Made by a program: the position numbers and the translations under genes. From NCBI GenBank assembly GCA_020891255.1, contig BQFW01000012.1, positions 62,001-126,000 on the forward strand: DNA of 64,000 nt. The letters run 5' to 3'. The notes beneath the pieces are model-generated. The model had not been told where the DNA came from and ran no database searches. It was given only the letters and a program-made list of their open reading frames with translations. The stretch is from Entomortierella parvispora E1425 (taxonomy: Eukaryota; Fungi; Mortierellomycota). This document shows, piece after piece, positions 24,917 to 35,982 of the stretch (its first letter is position 1; every line of letters begins with the position of its first letter).

Positions 24917-25770
24917 TCACATGTCCTCGTCGTCCTGGCAGGGGCTGACCATGTAAGATGGGTCACTCTGAAGGCCTTTGAGTGCTCGCTCGCTGACTTC
25001 CAACGTGAAAGATCGATCGCGCTTGAGTGACATGAGGTTTCTAACCTCGTCCCTTGTAAGCTTCTGCTCGGCCATTATCTCTGCTTGATTGTTTTGATGG
25101 CGATTGTAGAACACTCTCTGTTCCTCAACAGCTGCTCGCTGCATCTCAATGGCAGCTCGCTGCTCCTCGAGGGCCGTGCGCTGCTCCTCTAAGGCCAAGC
25201 GGTTATGTTCAGCGATGCTGCGCTGATGTGCCACAGCTTGTTCAGCATACGAAGCGGTGAAGGTGTTCAGAAACGACAACTGAGACTGGGTCATGCTCTC
25301 GACGAGCTTCGCGCTCTGTCCTGTGAACGTCTCCAGGAAGGCTTGATGTTGCTCAATCAACTTTTCCTCCAGAATGCTCCCCGACGCTGCGCTCCGCTAC
25401 CACCAGGGCCGTTGAAGGAGGCGCCGGCGCAACAATAACGCCATTGCCATCGCCTGCACCACCTGCACCAGGGAGGAGGTGGATGTGCGATTGCATTTAG
25501 GGCGGCGTCCCTGGCAACGGCACAGTAATGGTAATGGCGATGGATCGAAGAGTTAAGGGTGAACGTCAGGCCACAGTAGCAGACGAAATCCATGTGTTTT
25601 GTGGGAATTCGACTAAAGGTGACTTGTCGATCAGTGTACCCGCACATGAACTTGATGGGGTTGTCGACGTGATACCCTGCAACATGGTTCTTCTGATTTT
25701 TGGTCTTGGGTTCGGCAGGGGGGAGGAGACCTAGCGCGCAATAGCCGTAAGTGCAAGCACCACGAGGCAT
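24917..25770 (-). pseudogene. Element-borne Zn-finger plus coiled-coil protein (about 283 aa), interrupted by two apparent +1 frameshifts
   Basis: MPRGACTYGYC...FVCYCGLTFTLNSSIHRHYHYC (C-x-C...H-x3-C). Removing one C in CCTCCCTGG and one G in GTCGGGGAG joins it to the coiled-coil ORF (LEEQRTALEEQRAAIEMQRAAVEEQR). The span is 854 nt, and 852 nt is a whole number of codons. Confidence 0.65.
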
Positions 25771-25928
25771 GTTGGAAGAGGTGAGAACGATGAGGAGGAC
25801 AAGATACAGAACTGGATGCCGCAAGTACACATATTTATACATGTGGGAGTTGCTGACACAAGAAGCCTGGATGTACGAGTCAGTCGAGTCAGTCCCTTTG
25901 TTTCGAACCAGAAGAACATGTCGGACCA

Positions 25929-28900
25929 TCATCCTCTATGACCTAGGGGATGTCTGTCAATGGCATGCATACAGAGGGCAAAATGTATCTTTTTTTCTTT
26001 TGGCCGACCATGGTACACGTACCGTCTTGCGAGTCCTTGCGAGTCGCCAGAAGTCCCAATTAGGAATGGTCTACTGTTGCATGCAAAGGCTTTTTTTTTA
26101 TTTGACCGAGGGTTGACCGGGGGTAGATCAATACAAGAGGAAAGAAACACAGCTGATACCCGCTCCAGTCTTCTGATCCAGACAAGGTCAGAGCCCACTG
26201 GACTATCATCCTCTATGACCGAGGGGATGTCTGTCAATTGCATGCATACAGAAGGCAAAATGTATCTTTTTTTTTCTTTTGGCCGACCATGGTACACGTA
26301 CCGTCTTGCGAGTCCTTGCGAGTCGCCAGAAGTCCCAATTAGGAATGGTCTACTGTTGCATGCAAAGGATTTTTTTTTTTATTTGACCGAGGGTTGACCG
26401 GGGGTAGATCAATACAAGAGGAAAGAAACACAGCTGATACCCGCTCCAGTCTTCCGGACCGGACAAGGTCAGAGCCCACTGGACTGTCACCCTCTATGAC
26501 CTAGGGGATGTCTGTCAATTGCATGCATACAGAAGGCAAAATGCACTTTTTTTTTTCTTTTGGCCGATCATGGTACACGTACCGTCTTGCGAGTCCTTGC
26601 GAGTCGCCAGAAGTCCCAATTAGGAATGGTCTACTCTTGCATGCAGAGGATTTTTTTTTATTTGACCGAGGGTTGACCGGGGGTAGATCAATACAAGAGG
26701 AAAGAAACACAGCTGATACCCGCTCCAGTCTTCCGGACCGGACAAGGTCAGAGCTCACTGGACTATCATCCTCTATGACCTAGGGGATGTCTGCCAATTG
26801 CATGCATACAGAAGGCAAAATGCACTTTTTTTTTTCTTTTGGCCGATCATGGTACACATACCGTCTTGCGAGTCCTTGCGAGTCGCCAGAAGTCCCAATT
26901 AGGAATGGTCTACTCTTGCATGCAGAGGTTTTTTTTTTTTTTTTTTTGACTGAGGGTTGACCGGGGGTAGATCAATACCAGAGGAAAGAAACACGGCTGA
27001 TACCCGCTCCAGTCTTCCGGACCGGACAAGGTCAGAGCTCACTGGACTATCACCCTCCATGACTTAGAGGATGCCTGTCAATTGCATGCATACAGAAGGC
27101 AAAATGCACTTTTTTTTTCTTTTGGCCGACCATGGTACACATACCGTCTTGCGAGTCCTTGCGAGTCGCCAGAAGTCCCAATTAGGAATGGTCTACTGTT
27201 GCATGCAAAGGCTTTTTTTTTTTATTTGACCGAGGGTTGACCGGGGGTAGATCAATACAAGAGGAAAGAAAACACAGCTGATACCCGCTCCAGTCTTCCG
27301 GACCGGACAAGGTCAGAGCTCACTGGACTATCATCCTCTATGACCTAGGGGATGCCTGTCAATTGCATGCATACAGAAGGCAAAATGCACTTTTTTTTTT
27401 CTTTTGGCCGATCATGGTACACATACCGTCTTGCGAGTCCTTGCGAGTCGCCAGAAGTCCCAATTAGGAATGGTCTACTCTTGCATGCAGAGGTTTTTTT
27501 TTTTTTTTTTTTGACTGAGGGTTGACCGGGGGTAGATCAATACCAGAGGAAAGAAACACGGCTGATACCCGCTCCAGTCTTCCGGACCGGACAAGGTCAG
27601 AGCCCACTGGACTATCACCCTCTATGACCTAGGGGATGTCTGTCAATTGCATGCATACAGAAGGCAAAATGCACTTTTTTTTTTCTTTTGGCCGATCATG
27701 GTACACGTACCGTCTTGCGAGTCCTTGCGAGTCGCCAGAAGTCCCAATTAGGAATGGTCTACTCTTGCATGCAGAGGATTTTTTTTTATTTGACCGAGGG
27801 TTGACCGGGGGTAGATCAATACAAGAGGAAAGAAACACAGCTGATACCCGCTCCAGTCTTCCGGACCGGACAAGGTCAGAGCTCACTGGACTATCATCCT
27901 CTATGACCTAGGGGATGCCTGTCAATTGCATGCATACAGAAGGCAAAATGCACTTTTTTTTTTCTTTTGGCCGATCATGGTACACATACCGTCTTGCGAG
28001 TCCTTGCGAGTCGCCAGAAGTCCCAATTAGGAATGGTCTACTCTTGCATGCAGAGGTTTTTTTTTTTTTTTTTTGACTGAGGGTTGACCGGGGGTAGATC
28101 AATACCAGAGGAAAGAAACACGGCTGATACCCGCTCCAGTCTTCCGGACCGGACAAGGTCAGAGCTCACTGGACTATCACCCTCCATGACTTAGAGGATG
28201 CCTGTCAATTGCATGCATACAGAAGGCAAAATGCACTTTTTTTTTTCTTTTGGCCGACCATGGTACACATACCGTCTTGCGAGTCCTTGCGAGTCGCCAG
28301 AAGTCCCAATTAGGAATGGTCTACTGTTGCATGCAAAGGCTTTTTTTTTTTATTTGACCGAGGGTTGACCGGGGGTAGATCAATACAAGAGGAAAGAAAC
28401 ACAGCTGATACCCGCTCCAGTCTTCCGGACCGGACAAGGTCAGAGCCCACTGGACTATCACCCTCTATGACCTAGGGGATGTCTGTCAATTGCATGCATA
28501 CAGAAGGCAAAATGCACTTTTTTTTTTCTTTTGGCCGATCATGGTACACGTACCGTCTTGCGAGTCCTTGCGAGTCGCCAGAAGTCCCAATTAGGAATGG
28601 TCTACTCTTGCATGCAGAGGATTTTTTTTTATTTGACCGAGGGTTGACCGGGGGTAGATCAATACAAGAGGAAAGAAACACAGCTGATACCCGCTCCAGT
28701 CTTCCGGACCGGACAAGGTCAGAGCCCACTGGACTATCACCCTCTATGACCTAGGGGATGTCTGTCAATTGCATGCATACAGAAGGCAAAATGCACTTTT
28801 TTTTTTCTTTTGGCCGACCATGGTACACATACCGTCTTGCGAGTCCTTGCGAGTCGCCAGAAGTCCCAATTAGGAATGGTCTACTCTTGCATGCAGAGGT

Positions 28901-29110
28901 TTTTTTTTTTTTTTTTTGACTGAGGGTTGACCGGGGGTAGATCAATACCAGAGGAAAGAAACACGGCTGATACCCGCTCCAGTCTTCCGGACCGGACAAG
29001 GTCAGAGCTCACTGGACTATCACCCTCCATGACTTAGAGGATGCCTGTCAATTGCATGCATACAGAAGGCAAAATGGATCTTTTTTTTTTTTTGGCCGAC
29101 TATGGTACAT
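25929..29110. repeat. Tandem array of ~281-bp units, 11 full copies plus a partial 12th, with higher-order variant pattern
   Basis: Marker CATGGTACAC at 26009, 26288, 26569, 26848, 27131, 27413, 27697, 27976, 28259, 28540 and 28819, with a degenerate copy at 29101. Spacing is 279-284, varying with poly-T length. Confidence 0.97.
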
Positions 29111-29365
29111 ATATGGTATATACACATAGACTGCAAATAGTGTTCGGGGTTTTGAGTTACTCTACTCGAAGCGGAGACAATGAAACGTTGGAACTTCTGA
29201 TATAAAGCTACGGCAGTAGGCACCGACGAAGATTCACAAGAATCTTATAACCTCAGCCGAGCCATACTTCTCTGTACGGGGTTTGTTGTCTGTCTCGTAC
29301 CTACTGAAGTTCTTTGGAGCGTTTTGCTGATACAGTCTATTTTGGCATTTAAAAAAAAATATAGG

Positions 29366-30819
29366 ATGTCGTCAGCTGTTAATCATCTTGTGGACGACCC
29401 AGGGACGTCGAAAGAATCGAAAGTGATGTACAGCCAATACTGGCAAAGGCTACAAACTGGCAAGGCACTGCTGAAAATCCCCCTTCCGATTACTAAAACT
29501 TGTACCGAGGTCGAGGTCATATATGAGCTGCCACCGCCCAAAGAGAGAATATTCGAAGCCAGAGTTGCAATTCTCAAAACGCTACCTTCGCAAGATGTTG
29601 TTATGAAGGCCAACGAAATGCTGCGTAGGTTCAATAAGAGAAAACATCGGCTGCTCTTTTCGTTTAGGTGTCAATTGGCAAAACTCCTGACCAGCACAGT
29701 TACAATATGTTTATTTATAGTTGGTGCGTCAGTGTCTCAAAAGGCGTGGGGCATTCGCATCCATGGCGTTGGAGATTTCTCGCATGCCTCGGTCAAAATC
29801 TTACTCGGCGCGGTGCAGACGCACACTTTCATCATTCAAGCGATGGAGATGTTTAACTGGATCGATGCCGTCTCGGATCGCAACTTTGCCGATTGGATCC
29901 GCGACCTAATTTCCAATACCTCAGGCATCATCCATTGGGAGTTTCAGCCAACTTCTGAGGCGCCATTGGCCATTGGAAACGCGTTTTGTCTCATGAAGGA
30001 GTGCTTCATTAATGACGAGGTCGTGCGCACGGTGTTGCAGCTCTTTGCCGAGTCGTATGGGGCAAGCAATCGATACCTTTTGATCACACCTACTCAACTC
30101 AACAACTGGCGAAAGAATCTATACCTGGAATGGAAAAGGGACGAGCTCCGAAGCGGGCGAGTTGAAAAGGCATTCTCGATTGTTTATATGCCATCTCATT
30201 GGGGTGCGATCGAGGTCGATTTCGTTAAATGTCAGATCTCATTTGGGGATTCCCTCTCTTATCCCACACCTCGTGAGGCCTGTCAAGCGATACGACAATG
30301 GATAAGATGCTGTGGGCTTGATATAGATCGTTGGAGCAGCCACATCGAGCATCTCGATGTCCCACGGCAACCAGCTAGCAGTGGATCGTGCGCTGTCAAC
30401 TCCATCAATGCTGTCGAGAGGAGAATGAATCCTGAAATAGAACTCTGGACTCACGAACGATCTGCACATCATCGATTGAGGCTTTTGAAGCTGGCCACCG
30501 GCTACAACAAGGTGAATCTTTGCTTGTTTGTAACGTATGACACAAATCCCCCGTTGTCCGACCACCGTAGATTAATACTCAATTCATCTAGATCGAACAT
30601 GCAGCACATGCTTCTCGAGGCCAAGGGGTGGCAAGGGTGGCTGATCTCGATATTGTGTCGGCAAATGATCCGGACATAGTTACAACTGACTCAATCATCA
30701 CAGACAACGCCATTGTAAAAGTCGCAGTCAATGAAGAGATACCTACCGAAGATGGGGTCACTACAGCTGTAGCCGATGCGGCTATTCTAGAGAGACCATT
30801 ACAAGTGATGCTTTCTTAA
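29366..30819 (+). CDS. Ulp1-like (C48) SUMO/ubiquitin-like protease carried by the MULE; N-terminus probably extends to an upstream exon
   Basis: CFINDEVV, PSHWGAIEVD (catalytic His), FGDSL (Asp) and PRQPASSGSCAV (Gln and Cys) in Ulp1 order. Inferred intron ~30512-30590. Confidence 0.8.
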
Positions 30820-33445
30820 ATGTCGGACCCTCTTCATGTGGGGCCAGGGCAGAGGCAGCGGCCGCCGCCGTAACCATTACAAGTGATGCTCTTGCAGCTG
30901 ACGGACCCTCTTCATGTGGGGCCAGGGCAGAGGTAGCGGCTGCCGCCATAGCCATCACAGGCAACAGTGCTGAAGAGGGTGACAGCCTGCCGTGGACACC
31001 TTATATCGGCCAGTTGCATGAAACTCTTGAAGAACTAGAAGAAAAACTCCACGCATGGGCTCGCAAGCAAGGATTTTTCCTGAGAAGGATGCAGTCCAGA
31101 CTCAAGAGGATGAATGGCCAAAGTCCCCGAGGTAGGTACTTAAAATCTGCAGGTTGTTTTTTTTTTCTCTATGGATCAATTCTTTTTGACACAAGTATGG
31201 TTTGCCGATGAATAGTAATTTTTGGTTGCAAGAAGGCTGGAAAACATGTTCCGCAAAAGAATGTTGACCCAGATAAGCACCGCAATTGCACCTCCAGCCG
31301 CGAGTGCTGCCCATGCCAAATCGTTGTTCGGTCTCCAAGGGAGTTGTTTCCACGTTGGCGTATTACTTCCCTTGTCACAGACCACTGCCACGAACTCAAG
31401 AAATGCGACATCCTGGAGTCCAACCAGCGTGATAAACGACTCAGTGCCGAAATGCTCCAGCTTATTACCACCCATGCAGGCAAATGTGATCCCAAGTTTA
31501 TTGTTTACATGCTTCAACATGAATGGCCAGACAAAGCGTTCGATCTTCGGACAGTCGCAAATGCCATCCAGAAAGCAAAAAACAGTGCTCACATCGGTGG
31601 CTCCGAGGCTGCAGAGCTCCACAAGATTCTACAGGATAAAACGCGCAACGATAAAGACTGGTTCTTTGCTACCGATCTGGATGAAAATGGCCGGCTCAGA
31701 AGGATGTTCTGGATGAGCCCTTCTCAAAGATACCTCTACCGACGCTACCGCGATGTTGTCATCAGCGATAACACTTACAAGACGAACCGTTTCGGCATGC
31801 CTCTTAATGTTATAGTCATTATCGACAATGCAGGAAAGAGTCGTTTGGTAGGGTGTTCATTGGTTTCTGGGGAATCAGTGGAGGACTATGAGTGGATTCT
31901 AGAGCAACTGTTGGCGGCAAGCGACAACGTATATCCTCATATCATTTTCGTCGACGAAGATCCCGCTATGGAGGCCGCTTGTGCCACAACTATAAGCAAG
32001 ACCACCGTCTTGAACTGTATCTGGCATCTGCGACAAAACCTGAACAAAAACCTCCACGGAGCGCTAGGCAAAGACTGGAATGATTTTATATCAGCTTTTT
32101 GGACAACCCGAAACGCGCTTACGGCCTCCGATTTTGAGCGTAGATGGTCAGAGCATGTTGCGGTCTTTGGTGTTGATAAGCCAAAGATTGAGGGTTACCT
32201 GAAAAGGATAAGCGAGAAGCGCGAGCACTGGGCTTGGCCTTGGGTTGGGACAAGATTTACCGCCGGAATGCAGTCGACTCAGCGTGTGGAGAGTATGAAT
32301 GCGGCCATCAAAAGGGCCGTCAATGGCAAGACGTCCCTTCCAGCACTGTTCGAGGCAATTGAAAAGAAGCTATCAAATGAAGCCCAGACTTCAAAGTATA
32401 TTCTCTACAAGACGGATACAACGGTTGATCCCGCAACGTCGACGTTTGTTCAGCAAATGTTTGCCGATGTTATCGATGCAAACAATCGCTATCTTGGCAT
32501 CGCAGCAAAAAGTCAGATGAAGTTAGAGATGTCGCGCTCTGTTTTGTATCAGTCCAATCCACACACAGGTATAGACGCCTGTGCTCCACGATCAATCGAA
32601 GGAGGTGATTTCGAGGAAGTAAGTACTTGTACATCATTCCAATACCCAAGCGCAATCCTAAGACCAGATAGAGGTACTAAGCCGTTATTCTTCTCTTTGT
32701 CCTTAGATTGAGAGATCGTCAAAAGACGATCGCGAAATGAGCTCTCTCCAGTCCATCCAGACAATCGTTGGTTCTGATCGAATTGTACAAATCTTCGACG
32801 TGACGTTCCGCTTGGACACGGAGCGAAAGTCACTTCAGCACATACTTTTACTGGCTGATGGCTCGTACATTTGTACTTGCCTCCTCCCTCCAAAACAGCG
32901 GATTTGTATGTCGACACTATTTCCATCTGATGCAAGTTAGTGACAGATGCAAGTATCATGTCAGGCTTATTCCGATGCGGTGGTTTAAAGAAGAACTGCA
33001 GGACCTAACAGATCTTGATCTCTCAGGGGCGTTTTTGAGCGCAAAAACGCAGAAGACGGTCGCTCAGGTGGGGAGTGCAGAGGGAGAGCCTGCTTCTTCT
33101 TTCATGAGCGATATCATGAAGGTTTTCCCCTCAGTGCCATCCCTGTCGGGGGTTGATAAACGCAACCTTTCCAAAAAACGCCGCATTGGAGAGATATCTG
33201 GCCTGATGAAGAATATCATGGACACCGTGAACTCCAATCCAGAAGTATTCGAAACAGTTAAAGATGGCCTAAACCGTGTCATTGTGAGGGGGGCAGGCGA
33301 AGAAGGTATGAAGGATCCTCACTATACAAAGACGAAGGGCAGACCGAGGACTTCTCGGATAAAGAGTAGCATGGAGACAAAAAAAAAATCAACGAAGTGT
33401 GGAGTGTGCAGCGGGGAAGGTCACAATTCTAGACAGCACTCATAA
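30790..33445 (+). CDS. MULE transposase (FAR1-type DNA-binding domain, DDE core, SWIM finger, C-terminal CCHC knuckle); one apparent +1 frameshift in the SWIM finger
   Basis: HAWARKQGF|RVIFGCKKAG...RECCPCQI...DHCHEL; ISDNTYKTNRFGMPL, IFVDEDPAM, LNCIWHL, STQRVESMN; YICTCLL/LQNSGFVCRH; KCGVCSGEGHNSRQH. No clear own ATG was found. Confidence 0.9.
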
Positions 33446-33533
33446 AAATAAACGTTTGTTTGGCAACCTGGGTTGTCAATTGAGGAATGACAGGTGGGTT
33501 GCCGAATAAAAAACGAGACTAACCAAATATAGA

Positions 33534-33583
33534 GTGGGTTGTCAGGTAAAACGAACAACCTGGGTTGTCAAATAGATAAACCC
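33534..33583 (-). repeat. Right terminal inverted repeat
   Basis: Reverse complement GGGTTTATCTATTTGACAACCCAGGTTGTTCGTTTTACCTGACAACCCAC. Confidence 0.9.
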
Positions 33584-33592
33584 CGATCATTT
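33584..33592. repeat. Right target-site duplication CGATCATTT
   Basis: Identical to 23965-23973. Confidence 0.9.
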
Positions 33593-33881
33593 TACTCCGT
33601 CTTTCTTTACACACGAAGTCCATGATCAGCATTCGTTCTTTTTTGTTCTCGGAGTCTTCGAAACTTCTAAAGAGATAGAGCAAGAGACAGACGGACAGAG
33701 AGAGAGAGAGAGATTTGCAGTTTCATTTCTCAGTTGAGGTCAGTTGGGTGCTATTCTGGGTGTGCTGTTATCAAAAGACTTCACAAGAAGAACAACGACA
33801 AGGTCTATCGAAAGCCGCCGCTCTCCTCACCCCTGGCGTTCGTATTTGCAAAGCAATTGGGCAATTGAGGCGACGAGGGGA

Positions 33882-34028
33882 GAGCGACCAATTTGCGACC
33901 AAGTTTTGCGACCAAGTTTTGATGTTTGAAAAGAAGTTGGTCGTTTCTCCTTAAATGGGCCTTGAAAGCTGGTCGCAAACCAGGAAAGGAAACTTGGTCG
34001 CAAAACTTGGTCGCAAATTTCGTCGCTC
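33882..34028. repeat. 147-bp segment with ~38-bp imperfect inverted arms built from TTGCGACCAAGTT subrepeats (MITE-like)
   Basis: Left arm GAGCGACCAATTTGCGACCAAGTTTTGCGACCAAGTTT versus reverse complement of right arm GAGCGACGAAATTTGCGACCAAGTTTTGCGACCAAGTTT. Confidence 0.75.
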
Positions 34029-34345
34029 ACCTTTTTTAGTAGCGAACACAAACGACCGACCGACCGACCGACCGACCGACCAGAAATTTCGGTTTCCCTG
34101 GATGCTCACTCTGCTTGGAGAAGAATCCTCGTCCTCGTGATGGTGGATCTCCTCCTCCTCATCGTCCAGGTCAATTGAAGACGTCGAGGCTTGCAACGCG
34201 TGTCCACAGCTTCTGTGATCTTGTCACTCCACTCCAATCCCTCCTACTCCAACCCCTGCCACTACAACACTCCAACCAATTCCAACATGGTTACAGTACC
34301 ATAGCCAGATAGACATGTCGCGCCTACACACACGAGTTCCGCACA

Positions 34346-35290
34346 CTACGACGCCGTGTACCTAGCCTTGACGATGACACTGCCCTCCATTGGTTCATGA
34401 AAGGCCTTGTGCCCATCCTGGGGGTCCGTTCGTGTTGCTGACATTGTTTTTCTGTGCGTGGTGGGATAACGATGATCGAGGATGAGATCCGTTTCTGGTT
34501 ACTGGTCGTCCAGCGTATTGATGAGAGAGGTATATAGGCGTTGGGGGAGGAGAGAGGGACAAGGAGGAGGAGGATCCTGCGAATGACGGGTTGGCATGGG
34601 TCGTCGAGGAGGAGGAGGAGCAGAAGCTACCCCAAGACTTTACTAAACGATGTCTCACCATGATTGCTTGCTGGGCAGTGACGGTCGCGGCGGTCAAGAG
34701 CCGATGAGCAGACACAAGCAACTGCAGATGGAGGGTCAAAAGATTCCAGATAAAGACATGGTCCCCGTCTTCCTGCATTTCCCCGACGACAAAGACGAGG
34801 GTGTGGTATTCGCCCGCATACGCTTCCTGGACATTAACGATGTGGATCTATCAGTAAAGTAAAGAAAAGTGAGCTTCAGTGGATGCGTCTCGTCGGGACC
34901 TTTGATGCACGTTATGCATGAAGGCCGTATCCTCCTCTCTCAATCGCTTACCTCCTCTCCGCGAAGAAGGTTCTTGAAGCGCTGCTTGTATAGGCCATTT
35001 TTTCCCCCTCTCCGTCGTATAAGAGTCTCTTCTTCACTCTCTTCTCCTGCTGACTCCTCGTCCCTGTTTGGATCGAGGATGGACAATTCCACGGCAACCT
35101 CTGGTTCCTCGTATGTGGACCCATGGTGACGAATATCAAATTCTGTTGTTGTATCTTCATCTGTCAGATCCGACTCTTCAAGTGAGAAGAAGTGGCCTCA
35201 TCAGGACACAAATGAGTATCCGCCTCAAGCTGAAGCTCTACCCCGTCCATTATAGCCTCCATCCTACGCTGTGCGTCAGACAGCAGTGAC
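34346..35290 (-). pseudogene. Probable degraded spliced hypothetical gene
   Basis: An acidic exon (SLEESDLTDED...FKNLLRGEE) joins in phase via a canonical GTAAGC...TAG intron (34951-34848) to IHIVNVQEAYAGEYHTLVFVVG. A frameshift lies upstream and no family is recognised. Ends are approximate. Confidence 0.35.
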
Positions 35291-35668
35291 AGATTTTTTT
35301 TTTCCAGAGTTGGTGGTTGTGAACTGTCGCCAGGTTTGGAATGGATGGTGAATGAAAAACGAAGGCGTGCACTCCCAGGGGAAAATAAAGTTACATTGAT
35401 TTTGTGCGACTGAATGGGAAACCAAGATAGTTGACAAAAAATCAATTATTTTGGAATTGATGATGGGAGAGTGAGAGGTGCAGTTGAGGCCTCGGGCCCA
35501 GGCGTTGATCCCATCCTCACGAAAAGAAAGGTCAAGAGCAGAGTGTTGAGCGTGCCTCTGAGTGAGCAGAAGTTTTGAAGGCTCCGAGAACAAAAAAAAA
35601 GAGTGCTGATCAAAGAAAGGCAGAGTAAAATGATCACCCAGCCTCGGTAGGCCGGGGCAAAAGATGAG

Positions 35669-35740
35669 TTCCCAGTCCGGGGATCGAACCCGGGCCTTGT
35701 CGGTGAGAGCGACAAATCCTGACCACTGGACCAACTAGGA
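35669..35740 (-). tRNA. tRNA-Glu (CTC), copy 2
   Basis: Reverse complement identical to copy 1 body. Confidence 0.95.
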
Positions 35741-35910
35741 GCTTCTTCAGATATCGGTCAAGGTTCCAAGACCGTTCTGTCGCAATCAAATCACGTGATC
35801 AGAAATCCTAATCATATTGGTGGCGACTTAAGGGTATAAACATTGGATGACATCACGTGATTTGATTGCGACAGAACGGTCTTGGAACCTTGACCGATAT
35901 CTGAAGAAGC

Positions 35911-35982
35911 TCCTAGTTGGTCCAGTGGTCAGGATTTGTCGCTCTCACCGACAAGGCCCGGGTTCGATCCCCGGACTGGGAA
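35911..35982 (+). tRNA. tRNA-Glu (CTC), copy 3
   Basis: Identical 72-nt body followed by a TTTT terminator. Confidence 0.95.

Larger units (their letters stand above)
23974..33583 (+). mobile_element. Full-length Mutator-like (MULE) DNA transposon, 9610 bp, with Ulp1 and zinc-finger cargo and an internal tandem array
   Basis: 50-bp TIRs (46/50 identical), 9-bp TSD, MULE DDE transposase with FAR1-type N-terminus and SWIM finger. 9-bp TSDs and G-starting TIRs are typical of MULEs. Confidence 0.93.

Noticed and set aside
25929-29110. Array as a CRISPR, 5S rDNA or protein-coding repeat (the repeated 82-145 aa ORFs)
   Set aside because: There are no unique spacers and no 5S similarity was recognised. 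The reading frames break with variable poly-T lengths, so the ORFs are by-products.
34053-34081. (CGAC)n tract, also near 56356 and (GGAT)n near 63590
   Set aside because: Ordinary microsatellites.
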